A DNA stretch of 63,828 nt, the filler included, from Vicugna vicugna (Eukaryota), in assembly GCA_013265495.1 (NCBI GenBank). It is 78 parts of 75 records of this genome, joined end to end, with 100 filler letters (N's around TTAATTAATTAA, not from the genome) between each part and the next. Parts side by side here need not be neighbours in the genome. Positions count along the whole stretch, not along the records: positions 49,993 to 50,777 come from PNXW01029628.1; positions 50,878 to 51,597 come from PNXW01029631.1; positions 51,698 to 52,349 come from PNXW01029632.1; positions 52,450 to 52,990 come from PNXW01029635.1; positions 53,091 to 53,878 come from MU063522.1; positions 53,979 to 54,812 come from MU063525.1; positions 54,913 to 55,770 come from PNXW01029648.1; positions 55,871 to 56,032 come from MU063527.1; 70 more parts are not named here. One strand, 5' to 3'. The notes beneath the pieces were generated by a model, which had not been told where the DNA came from, did not search any database, and saw only the letters and a list, made by a program, of their open reading frames with translations. Numbering within the stretch: position 1 is the first letter of the stretch; each line of letters starts with the position of its first letter. Position numbers and translations under genes: made by a program. Positions 49,893 to 63,582 of the stretch are shown one piece after another.

Positions 49893-50877
49893 NNNNNNNN
49901 NNNNNNNNNNNNNNNNNNNNNNNNNNNNNNNNNNNNTTAATTAATTAANNNNNNNNNNNNNNNNNNNNNNNNNNNNNNNNNNNNNNNNNNNNTGCTAACT
50001 TACCTTTTGGGATTTTACAGGGGAGAAAATTTCATTATTATTGTGGAATATGAGACTCTTGGAAATAACACAGCCAAATATAGGATATATATATATATCC
50101 TGTATTTCTTTACAACAAATCTTTGATCCTTATCTCTCAGTTGTCCTCCAGAAAGTTTGTATTACTTTACATTCCCACTTGCAGAATTATGAAATGACCA
50201 TTTTTCTCAAGGCAGAAACTTTAAAAAAAATTTATGCAGTTTGGTTCTTAACATATGAATGGATGGACTGAAAAGTAAAGTGGAAAGTGATTACTGGTTA
50301 GTTTATTCAGCATCGCTCTCATACAGAGATAAGATTAGTTCAAAGGTCTATGCTGAAAGCATGGATCTTTATTTTTTAATTACTTACTGTGGATCCTGCC
50401 TTGTACCAAAAGGGATTTAAAAATGATTTACTAAATAAATAATATTCCACAAGGTAACTTCAAAGTGTTGCAAAAGAAGAAACATAGTGTAGGGCATCAG
50501 GGAGTAGACTCCCCAGCCTCGCCTTGGATTATGCTAATTAGCGGGTCTGTGTTCTGGAAAAGACACCTGCGGATGTTAACCTTCCGCGGGAGATCATGTA
50601 GGAGTCCCTGTAATACTTCAGAAAGTTTAAATTTTATCTCTCATGAACTTATAAACTTGTTTCTAAATAGCAAATTCTCTTTTAATTAGTAACTAAATTC
50701 TCTGTCCCAAAGAATGAAGGAGTAATTTATGCCTATGTGGGGAAAAAAGGGTAATTTTCAATTCAAACCTTACTGAANNNNNNNNNNNNNNNNNNNNNNN
50801 NNNNNNNNNNNNNNNNNNNNNTTAATTAATTAANNNNNNNNNNNNNNNNNNNNNNNNNNNNNNNNNNNNNNNNNNNN

Positions 50878-51597
50878 ATGATCCCTTTTGTCCTTTGCAA
50901 ACATTTAAGTGAGGGAGCTTCTCTTTGTTTTGTGACAACTCTTTGTATGTTATCAACATTAACCACTTGTCTTCATCAACATGTATCACAGAGCTTTTTC
51001 TTGTCATTTCTTGCCTTTCATTTTGTTCAGTAGGTTTATTTCTGTTGTGGCCCAAAATAATCTTAAGCTAGTAAATGTCTTCTTTTTGGTTTTATCCAAT
51101 TCTTAGAAATACGTTCTTATAATGGTATAAATCTCTTCTGTAGGTTTTTTAATCTCTAGGATGGAGATGATAATGGTACTTGTTATACTGAGGAGAAGTT
51201 GAATTAATATGAGCAAAGGGTTGTATTTGCTCTTATTAGTACTTTCTAATATTTACATCACTTTCTGTAATTTTTCTTGTGGTCAATATGACTGCAATAG
51301 AATTTCTTTTTCCAGGTGATTCTCTGATTGTCCCAGGACAATTATTGAATTCATACTTTGCTCTTTGATTTGAAATCCCACCTGTAAAAAATACTTATGT
51401 ATACTACAGTCTCTTTTTGAGCTCATGGTTTATTTCTGTCAATCTTACTTTCTTACTCCAGTGCTATATCTTACATATTGTAAAAATTTATTTAATATAT
51501 GACAGTGTGATTTTTTTTCATTCTTTCATCCATCCCTAATTTTCTTGGCTACTATAATGACTTTATTATTCCTGAAGAATTCTAAAATACTTTTTTC
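50878..51597 (-). mobile_element. Highly degraded old L1 ORF2 fragment
   Basis: T-rich; CTCTTTGTATGTT, TTGTCCCAGGACAATTATTGAAT and TTCTTGGCTACT motifs typical of antisense L1ME. Confidence 0.5.
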
Positions 51598-51811
51598 NNN
51601 NNNNNNNNNNNNNNNNNNNNNNNNNNNNNNNNNNNNNNNNNTTAATTAATTAANNNNNNNNNNNNNNNNNNNNNNNNNNNNNNNNNNNNNNNNNNNNCAC
51701 ATCCATGCCTCCCAGGTGGGCGGTGGTAGCCCCCTTTTGCAGGTTGGGAAGCTTTCTAAGAGGGGTTAAGGAATTGGTCCGTTTAGTGGCTAGTAAATGC
51801 TGTAGCAGGAT

Positions 51812-51974
51812 TCAAGCAGGGCCTTGTCAGACTTCAAGGGCATGTTTTCTCTACTAATTCCGGTACCTCCCTGTTATACCTGGAATGGTGAAATCAAGCA
51901 GGGCCTTGTCAGGCTTCAAGGGCATGTTCCCTCTACTAATTCCAGTACCTCCCTGTTATACCTGGAATGGTGAA
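51812..51974. repeat. 82-bp direct tandem duplication at the end of a MIR-like segment
   Basis: TCAAGCAGGGCCTTGTCAG at 51812 and 51894; copies differ at a few bases. Confidence 0.9.
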
Positions 51975-52449
51975 TTGGGTCACTTTTGGAGCCTTTCAGA
52001 AAAAGTACGATTTAAGTGCCTCAGGACTGTTTCACAAAGCTCAGTGTTCTTTCATGCTTCTGAAGCACCACAGTGATTTTCGCCCCACAGATGTAAGGTC
52101 TTACTCCTTTAACGATGACGTGGTTGCAAATGACGTACAGGTGCAAAACCAGACTTAGCAGCTTCTGAAGGGAAACTCTCCAGTTCTCCCTTGATCCGCT
52201 TTCTTCCTCGGGATGTAGCTGTGCTGCAGTGTAAGCCTGAGCTTTACTTATGGAGTGAGGGTTTAATATCCAATGTTAGAAAAAACCGGTCAGATGAAGA
52301 AAATCGACGTTGACAATTTATTTATGGGTTTCATTAGTCAAGATATACTNNNNNNNNNNNNNNNNNNNNNNNNNNNNNNNNNNNNNNNNNNNNTTAATTA
52401 ATTAANNNNNNNNNNNNNNNNNNNNNNNNNNNNNNNNNNNNNNNNNNNN

Positions 52450-52990
52450 AAAAAAAAAAAAAACCTGGAGATATAACCAATCAAGGAGGTTAAAGAACTA
52501 TACACAGAAAGCTATGAAATATTTATAAAAGAAATTGAAGATAATGCAAACAGATGAAAGGATATATTGTGTTCATTGATGAGGTAATAATATTGTTTAA
52601 ATGACAGTACTAGCAAAGAAAATACACTAATTAAATTCAGTGCCTATCAAAATAGCAAGGGCATTTTCATAATTTAATTCTAAAATTAACATGTAAACAC
52701 AAAATTGTTGAAATCACTAAAACAAATAACAAAGGAAAAAACAAACAATAAATACAAATTTATTTTACAAACAACAAAGAGGATGTATCACTTTTCCTGG
52801 TTTAAAACTATAATACAAAGCTACAGTAATAAAAAGAATATGGTAGTGGCACAGAACAAAGGGAATAATGGCACAGAAAGAATGCCTAAAAATGAAATTA
52901 GACAGTTATGGTCCTTTAGACCATTACAAAAAATGAATATACAGTGGGGAAAGGTAACCAACAGGCATATGAAACCGGTCAACATCACTA
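52450..52990 (+). mobile_element. Degenerate L1 ORF2 fragment
   Basis: CAAGGAGGTTAAAGAACTATACACAGAAAGCTATGAAA...GAAATTGAAGAT...ATACAAAGCTACAGTAAT. Confidence 0.8.
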
Positions 52991-53090
52991 NNNNNNNNNN
53001 NNNNNNNNNNNNNNNNNNNNNNNNNNNNNNNNNNTTAATTAATTAANNNNNNNNNNNNNNNNNNNNNNNNNNNNNNNNNNNNNNNNNNNN

Positions 53091-53878
53091 AGGGGAGACG
53101 AGCTTAGGCTTTCCGTTAGAAGCCACGCGCTGACGTCCGTTGGTGGAAAGTCCCCACGCTCAGGATTCCGGAAATATTGTCAGTGCGTGGGGGAGCTCGA
53201 GAGACAACTCCACGCAGCTCTCTTCAGTCACAGGTGTTCCCTGTTCGGGGAAGTCCGAGAAATACCTTCCNNNNNNNNNNNNNNNNNNNNNNNNNNNNNN
53301 NNNNNNNNNNNNNNNNNNNNNNNNNNNNNNNNNNNNNNNNNNNNNNNNNNNNNNNNNNNNNNNNNNNNNNNNNNNNNNNNNNNNNNNNNNNNNNNNNNNN
53401 NNNNNNNNNNNNNNNNNNNNNNNNNNNNNNNNNNNNNNNNNNNNNNNNNNNNNNNNNNNNNNNNNNNNNNNNNNNNNNNNNNNNNNNNNNNNNNNNNNNN
53501 NNNNNNNNNNNNNNNNNNNNNNNNNNNNNNNNNNNNNNNNNNNNNNNNNNNNNNNNNNNNNNNNNNNNNNNNNNNNNNNNNNNNNNNATCCTGCAAACCC
53601 CCTAGCATTTCCTGGCACAGAGACATTAGGAAAAACCTCAGGGGAGACGAGCTTAGGCTTTCCGTTTGAACCCACGTGCTGCCGACCGTTGGTGGAAACT
53701 CCCCACGCTCAGGAATCCGGAACCATTGTCAGTTTTTGGGGGAACCCGAGAGACAACTCCACGCAGCTCTCTTCAGTCACAGGTGTTCCCTGTTCGGGGA
53801 AGTCTGAGAAATACCTTCCCTGAACTTGTTGATGCAGCCTCGGTCACTGGTATATACTGCAAACCCCCTAGCATTCCC
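53091..53878. repeat. Satellite family A (reverse)
   Basis: Family A monomer sequence. Confidence 0.94.
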
Positions 53879-53978
53879 NNNNNNNNNNNNNNNNNNNNNN
53901 NNNNNNNNNNNNNNNNNNNNNNTTAATTAATTAANNNNNNNNNNNNNNNNNNNNNNNNNNNNNNNNNNNNNNNNNNNN

Positions 53979-54812
53979 TCCAAGTTCCAAACATGGTACA
54001 TGCAGCACAGTTTTGGCAAACATTCATGACTCAGTACAGGGCATGTGGATTACTGAACTTTCATCCTAAATACAAGGGAATTTTACATATTGAGGGCTTT
54101 ACTCTGATTTTGCAGGTTTTTCCAAACACTGTTTAAAAATCAGAATTTTTCCACACAAAAATTTTATTGGAGCGAATTCTAAACAATAGATATGTTATTT
54201 ACATAGTTTCCATCACCATGACATTCCATGTTCNNNNNNNNNNNNNNNNNNNNNNNNNNNNNNNNNNNNNNNNNNNNNNNNNNNNNNNNNNNNNNNGAGA
54301 ATGTGGATTACCAAATTTTCAACCACCATATTTGGCATATTTAAATCTAATATCATTTACTTTTATTTCAGTGGTGTTCTCTAGAGCAAGGTTTGAAAAT
54401 CGGAAATTTTTCAAAGAAAAATACACTTGAATCGATTTCTACCAAATACATATGTAATTTACAGTTTTCCTCAACATGAAATTCCGAGTTCCGTTCCCGC
54501 CACATGTAACACAGATGCGGCAAACTTTCATTACTGAGTATATAGCATCTGGATTACCGAAATTTCATCCTCAATACAAAGAATATTTACATCTAGAAAA
54601 CTTTACCCTTATTTCACAGGTATTTCCTAACACCAGTTTAAATAATCAGGTATTTTTCACAAAAAAATTCTCTTGGAGCGAATTCTACCCAATAGACTTT
54701 TTATTTACATGCTTTCCATCACCATAACATTCCGTGTTCCGAACATGCTACATGCATGATTAATTTTACAAACGTTCATTTCTGAGTTGTGAGAACGTGG
54801 ATTACCAAATTT
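53979..54812. repeat. Satellite family D, more diverged variant
   Basis: GTGGATTAC...TTTCA(T/A)CC and TTGGAGCGAATTCTA recur with ~245-bp spacing, but not colinear with the standard trimer. Confidence 0.8.
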
Positions 54813-54912
54813 NNNNNNNNNNNNNNNNNNNNNNNNNNNNNNNNNNNNNNNNNNNNTTAATTAATTAANNNNNNNNNNNNNNNNNNNNNNNNNNNNNNNN
54901 NNNNNNNNNNNN

Positions 54913-55770
54913 GGTGATTGCAGGATATCCCAGTGAACGAGGCTGCTTCCCCAAGGTGACGGAAAGTATATTTCGGACTTCCCTGAACAGGGAAAACCTG
55001 TGACTGGAGAGAGCTGCGTGGAGTTGTCTCTCGAGCTCCCCAACGCACTGACAATGGTTCCGGAATTCTGAGCGTGGGGAGGTTCCTCCAACGGTCGGCA
55101 GCGTGTGGGTTCTAACAGAATGCCTAAGCTCGTCTCCCCTGAGGATTTTCCTAATGTCCCTGTGCCAGGGAATGCCAGGGGGGTTTGCAGGATATCCCAG
55201 TGACAGAGGCTGCCTCCCCAAATTCAGGGAAAGTATTTCTCGGACTTCCCCGAACAGGAAACACCTGTGACTGAAGAAAAAATCGAGCTCCCCCACCCAC
55301 TGAAAATGGTTCCGGAATCCTGAGCGTGGGGAGGTTCCACCAACGGTCGGCAGCGCGTGGGTTCAAACGGAATGCCTAAGCTCGTCTCCCCTGAGGGTTT
55401 TCCTAAATTCTCTGTGCCAGGGAATGCTAGGAGTGATTGCAGGATAGACCAGTGTCCGAGGCTGCCTTCCAAAGTTCAGGGAAGTTATTTCTCGGACTTC
55501 CCCGAACAGGGAACACCTGTGACTGTAGAGAGCTGCGTGGAGTTGTCTTTCGAGCTCCCCCACGCACTGACAATGTTTCCGGAATCCTGAGCGTGGGGAG
55601 GTTCCACCAACGGTCGGCAGCGCGTGGGTTCAAACGGAATGCCTAAGCTCGTCTCCCCTGAGGGTTTTCCTACTGTCTCGGTGCCAGGGAAAGCTAGGGG
55701 TGATTGCAGGAAATCCCAGTGACCAAGGCTGCTTCCCAAGGTCAGGGAAGGTATTTCTCGGACTTCCCCG
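54913..55770. repeat. Satellite family A (267 bp)
   Basis: More than three tandem monomers, one with a short deletion near 55277. Confidence 0.96.
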
Positions 55771-57473
55771 NNNNNNNNNNNNNNNNNNNNNNNNNNNNNN
55801 NNNNNNNNNNNNNNTTAATTAATTAANNNNNNNNNNNNNNNNNNNNNNNNNNNNNNNNNNNNNNNNNNNNATGGGAGAGCACCGAGTTTGACTTTCCACC
55901 TTCAAAAGGGAGGAAAGCTTGAGTTAGCTGCATGTGTTGCATATTTACTGTGTATTTAATTAGTACACTGCTGTTATGATCATTTTATTAAGTCACAATG
56001 TCATATCAAATGAAGGAGCTAAATTTTCTCTGNNNNNNNNNNNNNNNNNNNNNNNNNNNNNNNNNNNNNNNNNNNNTTAATTAATTAANNNNNNNNNNNN
56101 NNNNNNNNNNNNNNNNNNNNNNNNNNNNNNNNGGTAGAAAGAGACCATCACAGCATTGTAAGGAAAAATTAGCAACTCTACCAAGTGTTTAAAAATTCTC
56201 TTTATGTCAGCATCATGTCAGAGGCTAAGATGAAAACTGATCCATATTCTTTCTTCACTTAAAAGGCATTTGTGCACAGCTCTGATGAGTCAGAACCTGT
56301 GTGCTGGAATACACCTCATGACACTATCCTAAAGGCTCTTGGCTGGTTATAGTTGGAGGCAGATGAGAAGGGAATGCAAGATAATTTAACAGCACAATCT
56401 AAATTGTAATCCATCACTTTCAGTGACAAATCACAGAAGTCACCTATAAAATGTTTATAAAAAGTCCAAAGTCAAAAGAAACGGCACAGATTTGTGAATG
56501 AGTGTGGAGCTACAATGTTCATGGCTTAAAGCTAATTTGTGATCACTGAACAGAGTTAAGTTTCATCTTTTGACTAANNNNNNNNNNNNNNNNNNNNNNN
56601 NNNNNNNNNNNNNNNNNNNNNTTAATTAATTAANNNNNNNNNNNNNNNNNNNNNNNNNNNNNNNNNNNNNNNNNNNNTCTGAGTTTCTGCATTTATGGCC
56701 CCTCCTTCAGCCATGGGGAGGAGGGAGGGCTCTGTTCTGACAGGGTTTGCCTGCAACCCAGCAGATTCCAGGTAAGGGAGGACCCAGGTGAGCTGCTGGC
56801 CAGGTGCCTACAGGAACATGTTCATTGAGACATTTAATAGTCTCCTAGCAAATCTCCGGGGAGTTTCCCAAGAGTCTCTGGGTAACCAGATAGCCCTTGC
56901 CAGCCCCGGGATGAGGAAACTGATCCCCAGGAGCAGACAGGATGGGAAGTGGCATGGGCATTACAGTGCTGCTCGCTAGGCCAGGCCAGGCTGGAGGGCA
57001 GGAAGACCTGCCTCCCCAGACCATGGGTGCTGCGGCCAGAACTACAGAAATGCAGGGACCATGGACTTTTCTTCCAATGGCTTTCAGGACTTCTCTACAA
57101 AGGACAGGAATTCTGGGGCTCAGAAGACCCATAAGCAAAGTCGCCATCAGGGGCCTGTGGACAGTGTCCATGATGCTGGTTGAGGCCAGTCCCCCAACAA
57201 GTGTGGTTTTGTGCCTGCTGAGGGCCGCCTGCTGAGATGCTTCTAACTCCTGCCTGATCTAACATCAAACATCCACCCTGCCGCCCTGGCCCCCCAGCTG
57301 TGCCGACACCCAGGCTTGCTTTCTTCTTTTGTTGTATGTATATATTTTACTGACGTATAGTCAGTTTACAATGNNNNNNNNNNNNNNNNNNNNNNNNNNN
57401 NNNNNNNNNNNNNNNNNTTAATTAATTAANNNNNNNNNNNNNNNNNNNNNNNNNNNNNNNNNNNNNNNNNNNN

Positions 57474-58238
57474 CATGTAGTTTACCTTGTTTACATAACC
57501 ATAGCATTCCTTAATACGTACATGTTTCATGTATCACGGATTCCTCAAACTTGATTTCTGAGTTGTGAATATGCGCATGACTGATGTTTCAAACACCAAA
57601 CAAGTTACAAATGCACTATGAAATATTTATTTTGACTTTGTAGCTTCTTCCTATCACCAGTTTGAAGAATCACACTTTGATCCCAGAAAAACCATCTNNN
57701 NNNNNNNNNNNNNNNNNNNNNNNNNNNNNNNNNNNNNNNNNNNNNNNNNNNNNNNNNNNNNNNNNNNNNNNNNNNNNNNNNNNNNNNNNNNNNNNNNNNN
57801 NNNNNNNNNNNNNNNNNNNNNNNNNNNNNNNNNNNNNNNNNNNNNNNNNNNNNNNNNNNNNNNNNNNNNNNNNNNNNNNNNNNNNNNNNNNNNNNNNNNN
57901 NNNNNNNNNNNNNNNNNNNNNNNNNNNNNNNNNNNNNNNNNNNNNNNNNNNNNNNNNNNNNNNNNNNNNNNNNNNNNTGTATTCTAACAGCATGGCATTC
58001 TGGGTTCCGTACATGCTACATGTATGATGGATTTGGCAGTCATGCATTTCTGACTTGTGAGCATGTTGATACAGAACTTTCACCCTCTGAACAAGGCGTA
58101 TATAGAATTAGAAATTTGTACTCTGACTTCATAGGTTTTTCCTATCACTAGGTTTAAAATCGAACATTTGGCACCAGAAAACATTCTTTGAGTGAATTCT
58201 CACTAATACACATGTACTTTACATTGTTTACATAACCA
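57474..58238. repeat. Satellite family D
   Basis: Reverse complement of motifs in 4920-5370. Confidence 0.9.
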
Positions 58239-58338
58239 NNNNNNNNNNNNNNNNNNNNNNNNNNNNNNNNNNNNNNNNNNNNTTAATTAATTAANNNNNN
58301 NNNNNNNNNNNNNNNNNNNNNNNNNNNNNNNNNNNNNN

Positions 58339-59545
58339 TAGAATATACAATATAGAACACAGAATATAGAATGTAGAATACAGTAAATAGAATCCAGTAT
58401 AAAAATATGCTATGCAGAATACAGAATTTAGAATTTAGAATACAGAATACTGAATATAGAATTTAGAATATAGAATGTAAAACACAGAATATAGAATATA
58501 GTATACGAAATGCAGAATATAGAATACAGAATATAGAATGNNNNNNNNNNNNNNNNNNNNNNNNNNNNNNNNNNNNNNNNNNNNNNNNNNNNNNNNNNNN
58601 NNNNNNNNNNNNNNNNNNNNNNNNNNNNNNNNNNNNNNNNNNNNNNNNNNNNNNNNNNNNNNNNNNNNNNNNNNNNNNNNNNNNNNNNNNNNNNNNNNNN
58701 NNNNNNNNNNNNNNNNNNNNNNNNNNNNNNNNNNNNNNNNNNNNNNNNNNNNNNNNNNNNNNNNNNNNNNNNNNNNNNNNNNNNNNNNNNNNNNNNNNNN
58801 NNNNNNNNNNNNNNNNNNNNNNNNNNNNNNNNNNNNNNNNNNNNNNNNNNNNNNNNNNNNNNNNNNNNNNNNNNNNNNNNNNNNNNNNNNNNNNNNNNNN
58901 NNNNNNNNNNNNNNNNNNNNNNNNNNNNNNNNNNNNNNNNNNNNNNNNNNNNNNNNNNNNNNNNNNNNNNNNNNNNNNNNNNNNNNNNNNNNNNNNNNNN
59001 NNNNNNNNNNNNNNNNNNNNNNNNNNNNNNNNNNNNNNNNNNNNNNNNNNNNNNNNNNNNNNNNNNNNNNNNNNNNNNNNNNNNNNNNNNNNNNNNNNNN
59101 NNNNNNNNNNNNNNNNNNNNNNNNNNNNNNNNNNNCAGGACACAGAATTTAGAATATAGAATACAGAATAATGAATATAGAATTTAGAATATAGAATGTA
59201 GAACACAGAATATATAATATAGAATACAGAATACAGAACTCAGAATTTAGAATATAGAATACTGAATATAGAATATATAATATAGAATGTAGACACAGAA
59301 AATAGAACATAGAAAACGGAATGCAGAATATAAAATTTAGAATATAGAATGAATAACACAAAATGTAGAGTATAGAATACAGAATATAGAACCCAGAATT
59401 TAGAACATTGAATGCAGAACATAGTATTTAGAATATACAATATAGAATACAGAATATAGGATTTAGAATATAGAATGGAGAACACAGAATATAGAATTTC
59501 AGTGCGGAATTTAGAATAAAGTATAAAGAATATAGAATTTAGAAC
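58339..59545. repeat. Satellite family E
   Basis: (TAGAATA)n-derived on both sides of the gap. Confidence 0.93.
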
Positions 59546-59645
59546 NNNNNNNNNNNNNNNNNNNNNNNNNNNNNNNNNNNNNNNNNNNNTTAATTAATTA
59601 ANNNNNNNNNNNNNNNNNNNNNNNNNNNNNNNNNNNNNNNNNNNN

Positions 59646-60377
59646 CTCAGGGAACAGAAGCTAAGGGATACTAATCGAACCCAGGTGCTGTGAAAGCTTG
59701 AGGAACCTCCCCTCACTCAGAGCACCAGAACACTTTTCACGTGTTTGCTGGATGTAGGGAAACCGTCAATGCATCTATCTGGGGGCACATTTATTCCATG
59801 GTTGTGGGTTGTAGTTTAAAAACCAATATCCCATGGATAGGCTCTCGCTAATACATGGTTTAGAGCCCAACCGCCACTTTCCCCCACTCTCCAACCTAGG
59901 CATGCCATCAGGGAAGACAAGCTAAGGGAATTCTTTTAGAACCCAGGAGCTGCTGTCATTTGGAGGAGCCTCCCCACTATCAGGATACCTGAGCACGTTT
60001 CCGTGTGTGTGCTGGTGGTGGCGAAACAGATTCCACGCATCTTTATGGGGCACAGGTGTTCCAAGGTTGGGGAAGTAGTTTAAAACCCTCCACAACCCAC
60101 AGATTTGCACTCGCTAATACTTGGCTTTAGAGCCCATCCCGCACCATCGCTTACTGCTAGGCCTAGGAAAACACTTAGGGAAGTCAAGCTAATGGATTCA
60201 ATTAAAACCCAGGTGCTGCTGTCTTTTGGAGGAACCTCCCCACACTCAGAACCCCAGAACAATTCTTCCTGTGTGTGCTGGACGTGGGGAAACATAGCAA
60301 ATGCATTTATCAAGGGTCACAGTAATTCCCATGTTGTGGGTTGTATTTTAAACATCTCCACTACCCATGGAGAGGCA
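59646..60377. repeat. Satellite family C
   Basis: AAGCTAA at 59658, 59919 and 60186 (261 and 267 bp). Confidence 0.9.
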
Positions 60378-60954
60378 NNNNNNNNNNNNNNNNNNNNNNN
60401 NNNNNNNNNNNNNNNNNNNNNTTAATTAATTAANNNNNNNNNNNNNNNNNNNNNNNNNNNNNNNNNNNNNNNNNNNNCAGTACACAGACACCCACTAAAG
60501 GAGACTTATGTTCCTATAATATCTGTACACCCGGAATACATATACGTCGCCTGATTTCTGCTGAAACACCCGCACTCTCAGGACATGGATCCATTGGTTT
60601 CATGGGGCTGAAATTCCAAGAAAGGAAACCAACCCCAATGTGCACTTTACTGTCTGTCTCTTTTGCTCCTAGTACACTTTGGCAGAGCTACTTGCCTTAG
60701 TTATAGGCTTCTATTTCTCTACATAGCGTAGAATATGGCATTCCTTCATCCTGTTGGAAGACATACAAGTCTACATCACGGACTAGGAATCCATTTGATA
60801 CCAAATACTCATTTGGGTTAGGTCACGATATGCTCTTATGAATCAAAATTTACGNNNNNNNNNNNNNNNNNNNNNNNNNNNNNNNNNNNNNNNNNNNNTT
60901 AATTAATTAANNNNNNNNNNNNNNNNNNNNNNNNNNNNNNNNNNNNNNNNNNNN

Positions 60955-61416
60955 CCCCCACTTTCCCCCACTCTCCAGCCTAGGCATGCAATCAGGGAAA
61001 CCAAGCTAAGGGATTATTTTAGAACCCAGGCGCTGCTGTCAGTTGGAGGAACTTCCCTGCACTCAGAATTCCAGAACACATTCTTAGGTGTGGGAGAGAT
61101 GTGCAGCCCCACTGCACCCAGAAGAATGTAGGAAAAGGTGTTCCGTTTAGGGAGAAGTCCTCTAAGTACTTCCTCAGTGGATCAGGGGGCACTCACTGCT
61201 ACTTGGCCTCCAAACCCAACCCCCAGCTTTCCCTCATGTCCTGGCCTAAAGTAACACTCAGGGAACAGAAGCTAAGGGATACTAATAGAACCCAGGTGCT
61301 GCTGTCAATGAGGACCCACACTCAGAATACCTGAACAGTTCTTCGCGTGTGTGCTTGATGTAGGGAAACATTCAAAGCATCTTTCAGGGGGCACATTAAT
61401 TCCATGGTTGTGGGTT
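60955..61416. repeat. Satellite family C
   Basis: 61169-61416 is colinear with 37322-37575. Confidence 0.88.
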
Positions 61417-62222
61417 NNNNNNNNNNNNNNNNNNNNNNNNNNNNNNNNNNNNNNNNNNNNTTAATTAATTAANNNNNNNNNNNNNNNNNNNNNNNNNNNN
61501 NNNNNNNNNNNNNNNNTCACAGAAATGTGATTTTTTTTTATCTCTTTGTTTCTATAAAGCCATGGAGGGAGGGATTGTGCGAAGACTCCAGTTTTGACAT
61601 TGAGTTGATATCTCATTTGCAGTCTTTAAAAATTTAATAGAATTTATATAAATGTTTTGGGAGTTATACGAAAATGAAGTTAGTTTCTGAAACATACTAA
61701 ATCGACCTAGAANNNNNNNNNNNNNNNNNNNNNNNNNNNNNNNNNNNNNNNNNNNNNNNNNNNNNNNNNNNNNNNNNNNNNNNNNNNNNNNNNNNNNNNN
61801 NNNNNNNNNNNNNNNNNNNNNNNNNNNNNNNNNNNNNNNNNNNNNNNNNNNNNNNNNNNNNNNNNNNNNNNNNNNNNNNNNNNNNNNNNNNNNNNNNNNN
61901 NNNNNNNNNNNNNNNNNNNNNNNNNNNNNNNNNNNNNNNNNNNNNNNNNNNNNNNNNNNNNNNNNNNNNNNNNNNNNNNNNNNNNNNNNNNNNNNNNNNN
62001 NNNNNNNNNNNNNNNNNNNNNNNNNCTTTGAATCCAAAGAACCTAGAGGCATTATAGCTATGAGAACCCTGCTGCAGCTATGCTAGGCTACTGAGAACCA
62101 GGTGTTCTTCTATCAGTGATGAGAACGCTTAATCATCCGATCATGTTGGCTAAAGCACTTTAATGCAACCAAGTCTGCACCCCCATGATAGTTTGCCCCC
62201 GGGGGCTTGACTCAATAGAAAG

Positions 62223-62589
62223 ACGGTCCACATAAACTGTGTCTTTCATGTCTTTGGCGACTTTTACAGTACCGTTCACTATCTGACTTCTAATATTTAC
62301 CTAGACTGTCTTGAAAAATGGAGGCCTAATACAGATTCAAGTTCAGTCAAATATTCCTCTCACTTACCACACTCGCTTCACCCCAGAGAAGACATAAACC
62401 CAGCATTTGCTGAATCTAGCGGAAGGCCATCGTTTCTTTGTGGGAGCTAAGTATTCAATCCCTATCATATTTCATACGAGAGTATTTGACCTTTATGGGG
62501 TTCCCTGTTGTTCACAGAGGATGTAGCTAGAGGAACTCTGATTTTAGGAGGGGCTTGCTCTTCTCTTATTGGCTTCATTGCAGCTCAGG
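62223..62589. repeat. Anonymous multicopy sequence, copy 2
   Basis: Direct paralogue of 36090-36455. Confidence 0.92.
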
Positions 62590-62689
62590 NNNNNNNNNNN
62601 NNNNNNNNNNNNNNNNNNNNNNNNNNNNNNNNNTTAATTAATTAANNNNNNNNNNNNNNNNNNNNNNNNNNNNNNNNNNNNNNNNNNNN

Positions 62690-63482
62690 ACAAGCATATA
62701 TAGACTTAGAAATATTTACTCTGGCTTCAAAATTATTTCCTATCACCAGGTACTAAAATCGGACATTGGGCACCAGAAATCACTCTTTGAGCGAATTCTC
62801 ACCAATACACATGTAATTTACATTGTTTACATAACCATGGAATTCCGTATTACGAACATGTTTCATGNNNNNNNNNNNNNNNNNNNNNNNNNNNNNNNNN
62901 NNNNNNNNNNNNNNNNNNNNNNNNNNNNNNNNNNNNNNNNNNNNNNNNNNNNNNNNNNNNNNNNNNNNNNNNNNNNNNNNNNNNNNNNNNNNNNNNNNNN
63001 NNNNNNNNNNNNNNNNNNNNNNNNNNNNNNNNNNNNNNNNNNNNNNNNNNNNNNNNNNNNNNNNNNNNNNNNNNNNNNNNNNNNNNNNNNNNNNNNNNNN
63101 NNNNNNNNNNNNNNNNNNNNNNNNNNNNNNNNNNNNNNNNNNNNNNNNNNNNNNNNNNNNNNNNNNNNNNNNNNNNNNNNNNNCTCTAAAAAAGGAATAT
63201 TTGCATCTAGACACGTGTACACATTTTCACAAGCTTTCCCTAACACCAGGTTCGAATTAATGCATTTTTCACAGAAAAAAATTGCTGGAGCGATTTCCAA
63301 CTAACAGATATGTAATTTACATGAATTCCATCAACATGGCATTCCGGGTTCCGTACATGCTACATGTATTGCGGATTCGTCAATCATGTGTTTCTGACTT
63401 GTAAGCATGTGGATTACTGACCGTTCATCCACCAAAGAACGCGTATATAGGCTTAGAAATCGTTACTCTGTCTTCATAGGTT
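62690..63482. repeat. Satellite family D
   Basis: Family D motifs on both sides of the gap. Confidence 0.9.
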
Positions 63483-63582
63483 NNNNNNNNNNNNNNNNNN
63501 NNNNNNNNNNNNNNNNNNNNNNNNNNTTAATTAATTAANNNNNNNNNNNNNNNNNNNNNNNNNNNNNNNNNNNNNNNNNNNN

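Noticed and set aside
52103..52228. Possible minus-strand exon (cag|...GGA|gtaaga) with one open frame
   Set aside because: Peptide not recognised and the polypyrimidine tract is weak; cannot be supported without a search.
53244..53260. Possible CENP-B box in satellite A (GTTCGGGGAAGTCCGAG)
   Set aside because: It matches TTCG and the central A of nTTCGnnnnAnnCGGGn but has CCGA instead of CGGG, so only 7 of 9 essential bases.
1107..63582. Regularly recurring TTAATTAATTAA between unique 'spacers', superficially like a CRISPR array or recombination-site cassette array
   Set aside because: Each copy is flanked by exactly 44 N on both sides and is a six-frame stop palindrome: an assembly linker. 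The DNA is mammalian and has no cas or integrase genes.
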